64,000 nt of DNA from the human T2T-CHM13v2.0 reference genome, Homo sapiens. A program made the position numbers and the translations under genes. The notes under the pieces are model-generated. The model saw only the letters and a list, made by a program, of their open reading frames with translations, did no database searches and was not told the DNA's origin. Below are positions 36,001-52,668 of this stretch, one piece after another; position 1 is the stretch's first letter, and every line of letters starts with the position of its first letter. The DNA lies in the NCBI RefSeq assembly GCF_009914755.1, contig NC_060937.1. One strand, 5' to 3'.

Positions 36001-37229
36001 CTTTGGTGGAAAAGGAAATATCTTCACATGAAATCTAGACAGAAGCAATCTGAGAAACTTATTTGTGATGTGTGAATTCATCTCACAGAGTTAAACATTT
36101 CTTTTGATTGTGCAGTTTTAAAACTCTCTTTTTGTAGTATCTGCAAGTGGACATTTGGAGAGCTTTGAGGCCTAAGGTGGAAAAGGAAATATCTTCACAT
36201 AAAAACTTGACAGAAGAATTCTGAGAACCTTCTTTGTGATGTGTGTATTCATCTCACAGAGTTGAATATTTCTTTTGATTGGGCAGTTTGGAAACAATCT
36301 TTTTGTAGAATCTGCATGTGGACATTTGGAGCGATTTGAGGCCTATGATAGAAAAGGAAATATCTTCACATAAAATCTAGACAGAAGCAATCTGAGAAAC
36401 TTCTTTGTGATATGTGCATTCATTTCACAGAGTTAAACCTTTCTTTTGATTGAGCAGTTTTGAAACTCTATTTTTGTAGAATCTGCAAGTGTACCTTTTG
36501 AGCCCTTTGAGGCCTGTGGAGGAAAAGGAAATATCTTCACAGAAAAACTAGACAGAATAATTCTGAGAAACTTCTTTGTGATGCATGCAGTCATCTCACA
36601 GACTTGAACTTTTCTTTTGATTAAGCAGTTTGGAAACACTCTTTCTAGAATCTGCAAGTGGACATTTGGAGCGCTTTGCGGCCTGTGGTAGAAAAGGAAA
36701 TATCTTCACAAAAAATCTCAACAGAAGTCGTCTGAGAAACACTCTTGTGATGTGTGCATTCATCTCACAGAGTTAATCCTTTCTTTTGACTGAGCATTTT
36801 TGAAATTCTCTTTTTGTAATATCTGCAAGTAGACATTTGGAGCACTTTGAGGCCTATTGTGGAAAAGGAAATATCTTCACAGAAAAACTAGATAGAAGCA
36901 TTCTGAGAAACTGCTTTGTGATGTTTACATTCATTTCCCTGAGTTGAACCTTTCTTTTGATGGACCATTTTTGAAATACTCTTTTGGTAGAATCTGCAAG
37001 TGGACATTTCCAGTGCCTGAGGCCTATGGTGGAAAATGAAATATCTTCACATAAAAATTAGACATAAGATTTCTGAGAAACTACTTTGTGATGTGTGCGT
37101 TCATCTCACAGAGTTGGATCTTTCTTTGATTGAGCTGCTTGGAAACACTCTTTTTGTAGAATCTGCAAGTGGACATTTGGAGTGTTTGTGGCCTATGCTA
37201 GAAAAGGAAATATATTCACATAAAATCTA
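24070..37229 (+). repeat. Inverted block of two-monomer-type alpha satellite (consensus orientation)
   Basis: Monomers read CTGAGAAACTTCTTTGTGATGTGTGCATTCATCTCACAGAG...GTGGACATTTGG, opposite to both flanks. Junctions at 24068-24070 (L1/alpha) and 37229-37232 (alpha/alpha). Confidence 0.96.
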
Positions 37230-37231
37230 TG

Positions 37232-40200
37232 GATGAATGCACACATCACAAAGAAGATTCTCAGATTGCTTTTGTCTAGATTTTATGTGAAGATATTTCC
37301 TTTTCTACCATAGGCCGCAAGGCGCTCCAAATATCCAAAAGTAGATTCTATAAAAAGAGTGTTTCCAAACTGCTCAATCAAAGAAAAGATTCAATTCTGT
37401 GAAATGAATGCACACATCACAAAGAAGTTTCTCAGAATTCTTCTGCCTATTTTTTATGTGATGATATTTCCTTTTCCACCATGTGCCCCAAAGCGCTCCA
37501 AATGTTCACTTGCAGATTCGACAAAAAGAGAGTTTCGAAACTCCTCAATCAAAAGAAATGTTTAACTCCTTGAGTTGAAGGAACACATCACAAAGATGTT
37601 TCTCAGATTGCTTCTGTATTGATTTTACGTGAAGATATTACCTTTTCTGCCATATGCAGCAAAGTACTCAAATGTCCGCTAGCAGAATCTATAAGAAGAG
37701 TGTTTCCAAACTGCTGTATCAAAAGATTCAACTCGGTGAGATGAACTTACACATAACAAGGAAGTTTCTCAGAATTTTTCTGTCTAGTTTTTATGTGAAA
37801 ATATTTCCTTTTCCACCATAGTCCTCAAAGCTCTTCAAATGTCCACTTGCATATTCTACAAAAAGAGAGTCTAAAAATTTCTCAATCAAAAGAAGTATTT
37901 AACACTGTGAGATGAATGCACACATCACAAAGATGTTTCTCAGATTGCTTCTGTCTAGATTTTATGTGAAGATACTTCCTTTTCTAACATGGGCCACAAG
38001 GTGCTCCAAATGTCCACTTGCAGATTCTACAAAAAGAGTGTTTCCAAACTGCTCAATCAAAAGAAAGGTTCAACTCTGTGAGGTAATGCACACATCACAA
38101 AGAAGTTTCTCAGAATTCTTCTGTCTAGTATTTATGTGAAGATATTTCCTTTTCCACAATAGGCCTCAAAGCGCTGTAAATGTCCACTTGCAGATTCCAC
38201 AAAAAGAGAGTTTCAAAACTATTCAAACAAAAGAAAGGTTTACCTCTGTGTTATGAATGCACACATCACAAAGAACTTTCTCAGATTGCTTCTGTCTAGA
38301 TTTTATGTGAAGATACTTCCCTTTCTAACATGGCTGCAAGGTGCTCAAAATGTCCACTTGCATATTCTACAAAAAGACTGTTTCCAAACTGCTCAATCAA
38401 AAGAAAGGTTCAACTCTGTGAGGTAATGCACACATCACAAAGAGGTTTCTCAGAATTCTTCTGTCTAGTATTTATGTGAAGATATTTCCTTTTCCACAGT
38501 AGATCTCAAAGCTCTGTAAATGTCCACTTGCAGATTCTACAAAAAGAGAGTTTCAAATCAAACTCTGTACAATCAAAAGGTTGTTCAATCAAAAGAAAAA
38601 AAGTTGTTCAATCAAAAGAAAGGTTTACCTCTGTGTTATGAATGCACACATCACAAAGAACTTTCCCAGATTGCTTCGGTCTAGATTTTATGTGAGGATA
38701 TTTCCTTTTCTAACACGGGCCACAAGGTGCTCCAAATATCTACGTGCAGAGTCTACAAAAAGAGTGTTTCCAAACTGCTCAATCAAAAGAAAGGCTCTAC
38801 TCTGTGAGGTAATGCACACATCGCAAAAAGTTTCTCAGAATTCTTCTGTCTAGTATTTATGTGAAGATATTCCCTTTTCCACAATAGGCCTCAAAGTGCT
38901 CTAAATGTCCACTTCCAGATTCTACAAAAGGAGAGTTTCAAAACTGCTTAGTCAAAAGAAGGGTTTAACTCTATGAGATGAATGCACACATCACAAGGAA
39001 GTTTCTCAGATTGCTTTTGTCTAGATTTTATGTGAAGATATTTCCTTTTCTACCATAGGTCACAAAGCGCTCCAAATGTCCAAAAGTAGATTCTATAAAA
39101 AGAGTGTTTCCAAAGTGCTCAAACAAAGATTCAACTCTGTCAATTGAATGCACACATCACAAAGATGTTTCTCAGAATTCTTCTGCCTAGTGTTTATGTG
39201 AAGATATTTCCTTTTCCACCATGGGCCCCAAAGCGTTCCAAATGTCCACTTGCAGATTCTACAAAAAGAGTGTTTCCAAATTGCTGAATCAAAAGAAAGT
39301 TTCAACTCTGTGAGATGAACGCACACATCACAAAGAAGTTTCTCAGAATTCTTCTATCTTGTTTTCATGTAAAGGTATTTCTTTTCAGACCATAGGCCTC
39401 AAAGTGCTCCAAATGTCCACTTGCAGATTCTGCAAAAAGAGATTTTCAAAACTGCTCAATCTAAAGTAAGGTTTAACTCTGTGAGATGAATGTTCTCATC
39501 ACAAAGAAGTTTCTCAGATTGTTTCTGTCTAGATTTTATGTGAAGATATTTCCTTTTCTACCATAGGCTGCAAAGCGCTCCAAATCTCCACTTGCAGATC
39601 CTACAAAATGAGTGTTTTCAAACTGCTCAATCAAAAGAAATGTTCAACTCTGTGAGATGAACACACACATCACAAAGAAGTTTCTCAGAATTCTTCTGTC
39701 TAGTGTTTATGTGTAGAAATTTCATTTTCCACCATAGGCGTCAAGGCGCTCGAAAAGTCCACATGCAGATTCTACAAAAAAGTATTTCCAAACAGGTCCA
39801 TCAAAAGAAAGTTTCAACTCTGGGAGATGAATGCACACATCACTAAGAAGGTCTCAGAATGATTCTATGTAGTTTTTATGTGAAGACATTTCCTTTTCAA
39901 CCATAGGTCTCTAAGCTCTTCAAATTTCCCTTGCAGATTCTCCAAAAATAGTGTTTCACAACTGCTCAATCAAAAGAAAAGTTCAACTCTGTGAGATGAA
40001 CGCACCCATCACAAAGTAGTTTCTCAGAATTCTTCTGTCTAGTTTTTATGTGAAGATATTTTCTTTTCCACCATAGGCGTCAAAGCGCTCCAGATGTCGA
40101 ATTGCAGATCCTACAAAAAGAGAGTTTAAAAACTGCTCAATCAAAAGAAAGGTTTAACTCTCTGAGATGCATGCACACATTACAATATAGTTTCTCAGGT

Positions 40201-43200
40201 TGCTTCTGTCTAGATTTCATGTGAAGATATTTCCTTTTTCTACCATAGGCTGCAAATCGCTCCAATTGTCCACTTGCAGATTCTAAAAATAGAGTGTTTA
40301 CAAACTGCTTAATCAAAAGAAAGGTACAACTACGTGAGATGAACCCCCACATCACAAAGAAGTTTCTCAGAATTCTTCTGTCTAGATTTATGTGATGATA
40401 TTAACTTTCCACCATAGGCATCAAAGTGCTCCAAAAGTTCACTTGCAGATTCTACAAAAAGAGTGTTTCAAAACTGCTCAATCAAAAGAAAAGTTTACCT
40501 CTGTGATATGAATGCCTACATCACCAAGAAGTTTCTCAGACTGCTTCTGTTTAGATTTTATATGAAGATATTTCCTTTTCTACCATAGGCCACAAAGTGC
40601 TCCCAATGTCCACCTGCAGATCCTACATAAAGAGTGTTTCCAAACTGCACCACCAAAAGAAAGGTTCAACTCTGTGAGATGAACGCATACATCACAAAGA
40701 AGTTTCTCTGAATTCTTCTGTCTAGTTTTTATGTGAAGATATTCCCTTTTCTACCATAGGCCTCAAGGTTCTCGAAATATCCACTTGCAGATTCTACAAA
40801 AAGAGTGTTTCAAAACTGCTCAATGAAAAGAAAGGTTCAATCCTGTGAGATGAATGCACACATCGCTAAGAAGTTTTTCAGAATTCTTCTGTCTAGTTTT
40901 TATGTGAAGATATTTCCTTTTCCACCTTAGTCCTCAAAGCCCTCCAAATGTCCACTTGCAGATTCTACAAAAAGAGAGTTGCAAAACTGCTCAATCAAAA
41001 GAAAGATTTACCTCTGTGAGATTAATGCACACAACACAAAGAAGTTTCTCAGAAATCTTCTGTCTAGTTTTTATGTGAAGATATTTCCTTTTCTACCGCA
41101 GGCCGCAAAGTGCTCCAAATGTCCACTTGTAGATTCTACAAAAAGAGTGTTTCCAAACTACTCAATCAAAAGAAAGGTCCAACTCTGTGAGATAAATGCA
41201 CACATCAGAAAGTATTGTCTCAGAACTCTTCTTTCTAGTTTTTATGTAAAGATATTTCCTTTTCCACCATAGGCCTCAAAGCACTCCAAACGTCCACTTG
41301 CAGATTCTGCAAAAAGAGTTTCAAAACTGCTTAAACAAAAGAATGGTTAAACTCTGTGAGGTGAGTGCACATATCACAAAGAGGTTTCTCAGATGACTTC
41401 TGTCTAGATTTTATGTGAAGATATTTCCTTTTCTACCACAGGCCGCAAAGCGTTCCAAATGTGCACTAGCAGATTCTACAAAAAGAATGTTTCCAAGTTG
41501 CTCAACAAAAGAAAGCTTCAACTCTGTGAGATGAACGCCCACATCATGAAGAAGTTTCTAAGAATTCTTCTGTCTAGTTTTTATGTGGAGATATTTCCTT
41601 TCCCACTATAGGCCTCAAATCGTTCAAAATGTCCACTTGCAGATTCTACAAACAGAGAGTTTCAAAACACCTCAATCAAAAGAAAGGTTTAACTCTCTGA
41701 GATGAATGCACACATCAGAAAGAAGTTTCTCAGATTTGTTCTGTCTAGATTTTATGTGAAGATATTTCCTTTTCTGCCATAGCCTGCAAATCGCTCCAAG
41801 TGTCTACATGCAGTTTTGAAAAAAAGAGTGTTTCCAAAATGCTCCATCAAAAGACACGTTCAACTCTGAGATGAACGCACACATCACAAAGAAGTTTCTC
41901 AGAATTCTTCTCTCTAGTTTTCATGTGAAGATGTTTCCTTTTCCACAATAGATCTCAAAACGCTCCAAATGTCCACATGCAGATTCTATAAAAAGACAGT
42001 TTCAAAACTAATCTATCAAAAGAAAAGGTTTAACTCTGTCAGATGAATGCACACATCACAAAGAAGATTTTCAGATTGCTTCTGTCTAGATTTTATGTGA
42101 AGATATTTCCTTTTCTACCATAGGCCGCAAAGTGCTCCTAATGTCCACTTGCAGATCCTACAAAAAGAGTGTTTCCAAACTGCTCAATCAAAAGAAAGAT
42201 TCAACTCTGTGAGATGAATGCACACATCACAAAGAAATTGCTCAGATTGCTTCTGTCTAGATTTTATGTGAAGATATTTCCTTTTCTACAATAGGCCACA
42301 AAGCGCACAAAATGTCCACTTGTGGATTCTCAAAAAAGTTTGTTTCCAAACTGCTCAGTCAAAAGAAAGGCTTACCTCTATGAGATGAATGCAGACATCA
42401 CAAAGATATTTATCTGTATACATCTGCTTAGTTTTTATGTGAGGATATTTCCTTTTCCACCATAGGCCACAAAGCCCTCCAAATATCCACTTTCAGATTC
42501 TACAAAAAGAGAATTTCAAAACTCCTCAATCAAAAGAAAGGTTTAGCTCTTTGAGGTGAATGCACACATCACAAAGAAGATTTTCAGGTTGCTTCTGTCA
42601 GATTTTATGTGAAGATATTAAATTTTCTGCCATTGGCTGCAAAGTGCTCCAAATATTCACTTACAAATTATACAAAAAGAGTGTTTCCATACTGCTAAAT
42701 CAAAAGAAAGGTTCAACTCTGTGAGACGAATGCACATATCACCAAGAAGTTTCTCAGAATTCTTCTGTCTAGTTTTTATGTGAAGATATTTCATTTTCCA
42801 CCACAGGCCTCAAGGCGCTTGAAATGTCCACTTGCAGATTCTAAACAAAGAGTGTTTCAAAACTGGTCCATCAATGGAAAGGTTCGTCTCTGGGAGATGA
42901 TTGTGCATATCACAAAAACTTTCTCAGAATGCTTCTATCTAGTTTTTATGTGAAGATATTTCCTTTTCCACTATTGGCGTCAAAGCGTCCCAAATGTCAT
43001 CTTGCAGATTCAACAAAAGAGAGTTTCAGAACTGCTCAGACAAAAGAGAGAGTTACCTCTGTGAGATGAATGCACACATTACAAAGAAGTTCCTCAGATT
43101 GCTTCTGTCTAGATTTTATGTGAAGATATTTCCTTTTCTAACGTCGGCCGCAAAGTGCTACAAATGTCCTCTTGCAGATCCTTCAAAAAGAGAGTTCAAG

Positions 43201-46200
43201 ACTTCTCAATCAAAGGAAAGGTTTAACTCTGTGAGATGAATGCACACATCACAAATAAGTTTCTCAGATTGCTTCTTTCTAGATTTTATGTAAAGATATT
43301 TCCTTTTCTACTTTAGGCCGCAAAGCGTTCCAAATATCCACTTGCAGATTGTACAAAATAGTGTTTCCAAACTGCTCAATCAAAAGAAAGGTTCAACTCT
43401 GTGAGATGAAGCCACAAATCACAAAGAAGTTTCTCAGAATTCTTCTGTCTAGTTTTTATGTGAAGATATTTCCTTTTCCACCATAGGCCTTTAAGTGCTC
43501 CAAATGCTCACTTGCAGATTCTACAAAAGAGAGTTTCAAAATTGCTCTATCAAAAGAAATTTTTAACTCTGTGAGATGAATGCACACATTACAAAGAAGT
43601 TTCACAGATTGCTTCTGTATAGATTTTATGTGAGGATATTTCTTTTTCTACCATAAGCTAAAAAGTACTCCAAATGTCCACTTGCAGATTCAACAAAAAG
43701 AGTGTTTCCACACTGTTCAATCAAAAAAAGTTTCAACTCAGTGAGATGAATGCACACATCACAAAGAAGTTTCTCAGAATTCTCCTGTGTAGTTTTTAAG
43801 TGAAGATAATTTATATTCCACAAAAGGCCACAGGGCACTCCCATTTTCCACTTGCAGATACTACAAAAAGAGAGTTCCAAATCTGCTCCATCAAGAAAAG
43901 ATCAACTCTGTGAGATGAACGCACACATCACAAAGAAGTTTCTCAGATTGCTTCTTTCTAGATTTTATGTGAAGATATTTCCTTTTCCACCAAAGGCCAC
44001 AAAGCGCTCCAAATGTCCACTTGCAGATTCTGCAAAAAGAGTGTTTCAAAACTGCTCTATCAAAAGAAAGATTTCACTCTGTGAGATGAATGCACACATC
44101 ACAAAGAAGTTTCTCAGATTGCTTGTGTCTAGATTTTATGTGAAGATATTTCCTTTTCTACCATAGGCCACAAGGCGCTCCAAATGTCCACTTGCACATT
44201 CTACAAAAAGAGTGTTTCCAAACTGCTCAATCAAAAGAACGGTTCAACTCTTTGAGATGAACGCACACATCACAAACAGATTTCTCAGATAGTTTCTGTA
44301 TAGATTTTATGTGAGAGTATTTCATTTTCTGACATAGGCCACAAAAAGCTCCAAATATCCACTTGCGGATTCTACAAAAAGAGAGTTTCAAAACTGCTCT
44401 ATCAAAAGATAGGTTAAAATCTGTGACTTGAATGCACATCTAACAATGAAGTTTCCCAGAAAGCTTCTGTGTAGTTTTTATCTGAAGATATTTCCTTTTC
44501 CAAAATAGACCACAAAGCTTTTCAAATATCCACTTTCAGATTCTACAAAAAGAGTGTTTCCAAATTACTCAGTCAATAGAAAGATTCAACCCTTTGTGAT
44601 GAATGCACTCATCACAAAAACGTTTCCCGGAATGATTCTGTGTTGTTTTTATTTGAAGATATTTCCTTTTCCACTGTAGGCCACAAAGGGCTCCAAATAT
44701 CCACCTACAGATGCTACAAAAAGAGAGATTCAAAACTGCTCAATCAAAAGATAGGTTCAACTCTGTGAGTTGAATGCACACATCACAAAGTGTTTTCTCA
44801 GAATGCCTCTGTGTAGTTTTTATGTGAAGATATTTCCTTTTCCACAATAGGCCTCAAATCGCTCCAAATATCCAATTGCAGATTCTGCAAAAAGAGAGAT
44901 TCTAAACTGCTCAATCAAAAGATAGGTTCAACTCTGTGAGTTGAATGCACACATCACAAGGAAGTTTCTCAGAATGCCTCTGTGTAGTTTTTATGTGAAG
45001 ATATTTCCTTTTCCACTATAGGCCTCAAAGCACTCCAAATATCCACTTGCTGGTTCTGCAAAAAGAGAGATTCAAAACTGCTCAATCAAAAGATCGGTTT
45101 GACTCTGTGAGTTGAATGCACACCTCACAAAAAAGTTTCTCAGAATGCTTCTGTGTAGTTTTATTTGAAGATATTTGCTTTTCCACAGTAGGTCTCAGAA
45201 CGCTACAAATATCGACTTGCAGATTCTGCAAAAAGAGAGATTCAAAACTGCCCAATCAAAAGATAGGCTCAACTCTGTGTGTTGAATGCACACATAACAA
45301 AGTAGTTTCTCAGAATAATTATGTGTAGTTTTTATGTTAAGATATATCCTTTTCCAAAATAGGCCTCAAAGCCCTCCAAATAGCTACTTCGAGATTCTAC
45401 AAAAAGAGTGTTTCAAAACTGCTCAATCAAAAGAAACTTTGAACTCTTTGTGATCAATGCACTCATCACAAAGGAGTTCCTCTGAATGCTGCTGTGCAGT
45501 TTTTATTTGAAGATATTTCCTTTTCCCCCATGGGATGCAAGGGCTCCAAATATCCACTTTCAGATTCTACAAAAAGAGAGATTCAAAACTGCTCAATCAT
45601 AAGATAGGTTCAAACTTGTGAGCTGAATGTATACATCATAAAGAAGTTTCCCAGAATTCTTCTGTGTAGTATTTATTTGAAGATATTTCCTTTTGCACAA
45701 TAGGCCGCAAAGCACTCCAAATATCCACTTGCAGATTCTGCAAAAAGATTGAAAACTGCTCAATCAAAAGAAAGATTCGAGTCTGTGGGTTGAATGCACA
45801 CCTCACAAAAAAGTTTCTCAGAATGCTTCTGTGTAGTTTTTATTTGAAGATATTTGCTTTTCCACAGTAGGCCTCAAAGTGCTACAAATATCCACTTGCA
45901 GATTCTGCAAAAAGAGAGATTGAAAACTGCTCAATCAAAAGATAGGCTCAACTCTGTGTGTTGAATGCACACATAACAAAGGAGTTTCTCAGAATAATTC
46001 TGTGCAGTTTTTATGTTAAGATATATCCTTTCCCAAAATAGGCCTTAAAGCCCTCCAAATAGTTACTTTGAGTTTCTACAAAAAGAGTGTATCAAAACTG
46101 CTCAGTCAAAAGAAACTTTAAACTCTTTGTGATCAATGCAGTCATCACAAAGGCGTTTCTCTGAATGCTTCTGTGTAGTTTGTATTTGAAGATGTTTCCT

Positions 46201-47549
46201 TTTCAACCATAGGGTGCAAAGGGCTCCAAATATCCACTTGCATATTCTACAAAAAGAGAGATTGAAAACTGCTCAATCATAAGATAGGTTCAAACGTGTC
46301 ACCTGAATGCACACATCACAAAGAAGTTTCCCAGAATTCTTCCGTGTAGTTTTTATTTGAAGATATTTCCTTTTCCACAATAGGGCACAAAGGTCTCCAA
46401 ATATTCACTAGCAGATTCTACAAAAGAGAGATTCCAAACGGCTCAATCAAAAGATAGATTCAACTCTGTGAGTTGAATGCACAAATAAAAAAGAAGTTTC
46501 TCAGAATGTCTATGTGTAATTTTTATGTGAAGATATTTTCTTTTCCAAAATTGGCCTCAAAGCCCTCCAAATATCCACTTCCAGATTCTACGAAAAGAGC
46601 GTTTCAAAACTGCTCAATCAAAGGAAACGTTCAACTCTGTGTGATGAATGCACTCAACACAAAGAAGTTTCTCAGAATGCTTATGTGTAGTTTTTATTTG
46701 AAGATATTTCCTTTTCCAACACAGGGTGCAAAGAGCTCCAAATATCCACTTGCAGATTCTAGAAAAAGAGAGATTCAAAAGTGCTCAATGAAGAGAAAAG
46801 TTCAAATCCGTGAGGTGAATGCACACCTCACAAAGAAGTTTCTCAGAATGCTTCTGTGTAGTTTTTATGTGAAGATATTTCCTTTTCCAAAATAGGACTC
46901 AAAGCTCTCCAAATATCCACTTGCAGATTCTACAAATATAGTGTTTCAAAACTGCTCAATCAAAAGAAAGGTTCATCTCTGTGAAATGAATGCACACATC
47001 AAAAAGAAGTTTCTCAGAATGCTTCTGTGTAGTTTTTATGTGAAGATATTTCCTTTTCCACGGTAGGCCCCAATGTGCTCCAAATATACACTTGCATATT
47101 CTACAAAAACAGCGTTTCTAAACTGCTCAATCATAAGACAGGTACAACCCAGTGAGGTGAATGCACACATCACGAAGAAGTGTCTCAGAAAGCTTCTGTG
47201 TAGTGTTTATGTGAAGATATTTCCTTTTCCACAATTGTCCTCAAAGTCCTAAAATATGCACTTGCAGATTCTGCAAAAAGAGTGTCTCAAAACTGTTCAG
47301 TCAAAGGAAAGGTTCAAATCTGTGTGATGAATGCACTCACAACAAAGAAGTTTTTCTGAATGCTTCTGTGTAGTATTTATTTGTTGATATTTCCTTTTCT
47401 ACAATAGGCCTCAAACCGCTCCAAACATTTACTTGCAGATTCCACAAAAAGAGTGTTTCAAAACTGCTCAATCATAAGTTAGGTTCAAACCTGTGATATG
47501 AATGCACACATCACAAAGAAGTTTCTCAGAATGTTTCAGTGTAGTTTTT
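37232..47549 (-). repeat. Diverged alpha satellite; two-monomer type to ~44300, then CTGTGTAG/ATATCCAC monomeric type
   Basis: Resumes at GATGAATGCACACATCAC with ~171-bp period; diagnostic switch around 44280-44350. Confidence 0.96.
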
Positions 47550-47763
47550 TTTATTATTATTATACTTTAAGTTGTAGGGTACATGTGCACATTGTGCAGG
47601 TTAGTTACATATGTATACATGTGCCATGCTGGTGCGCTGCACCCACTAACTCGTCATCTAGCATTAGGTATATCTCCCAATGCTATCCCTCCCCCCTCCC
47701 CCAACCCCACCACAGTCCCCAGAGTGTGATATTCCCCTTCTTGTGTCCATGTGATCTCATTGT

Positions 47764-51590
<3,827 letters not shown>

Positions 51591-51653
51591 TATGATGTTA
51601 GCTGGTGATTTTGCTCGTTAGTTGATGCAGTTTCTTCCTAGTCTCGATGGTCT

Positions 51654-52668
51654 TTACATTTTGGCATGATTTTGCAGCAGCTGGTACCAGTTGTTCCTTT
51701 CCATGTTTAGCGCTTCCTTCAGGAGCTCTTTTAGGGCAGGCCTGCTGGTCACAAAATCTCTCAGCATTTGCTGGTCTGTAAAGTATTTTATTTCTCCTTT
51801 ACTTATGAAGCTTAGTTTGGCTGGATATGAAATTCTGGGTTGAAAATTATTTTCTTTAAGAATGTTGAATATTGGCCCCCACTCTCTTCTGGCTTGTAGG
51901 GTTTCTGCCGAGAGATCCGCTGTTAGTCTGATGGGCTTCCCTTTGAGGGTAACCCGACCTTTCTCTCTGGCTGCCCTTAACATTTTTTCCTTCATTTCAA
52001 CTTTGGTGAATCTGACAATTATGTGTCTTGGAGATGCTCTTCTTGAGGAGTATCTTTTTGGCGTTCTCTGTATTTCATGAATTTGAACGTTGGCCTGCCT
52101 TGCTAGATTGGGGAAGTTCTTCTGGATAATATCCTGCAGAGTGTTTTCCAACTTGGTCCATTCTCCGCATCACTTTCAGGTACACCAATCAGACGTAGAT
52201 TTGGTCTTTTCACATAGTCCCATATTTCTTGGAGGCTTTGCTCATTTCTTTTTATCCTTTTTTCTCTAAACTTCCCTTCTCGCTTCATTTCATTCATTTC
52301 ATCTTCCATTGCTGATGCCCTTTCTTCCAGTTGATCGCATCGGCTCCTGAGGCTTCTGCATTCTTCACGTAGTTCTCGAGCCTTGGTTTTCAGCTCCATC
52401 AGCTCCTTTAAGCACTTCTCTGTATTGGTTATTCTAGTTATACACTCTTCTAAATTTTTTTCAAAGTTTTCAACTTCTTTGCCTTTGGTTTGAATGTCCT
52501 CCCATAGCTCAGAGTAATTTGATCGTCTGAAGCCTTCTTCTCTCAGCTCATCAAAGTCATTCTCCATCCAGCTTTGTTCCGTTGCTGGTGAGGAACTGCG
52601 TTCCTTTGGAGGAGGAAAGGCGCTCTGCATTTGAGAGTTTCCCGTTTTTCTGTTCTGTTTTTCCCCAT
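51654..52668 (-). pseudogene. Frameshifted L1 ORF1
   Basis: ATG at 52666-52668 followed by a shortened A-run; second 1-bp deletion near 52157; fragments 52103-52630 and 51654-52151 match ORF1p. Confidence 0.9.
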
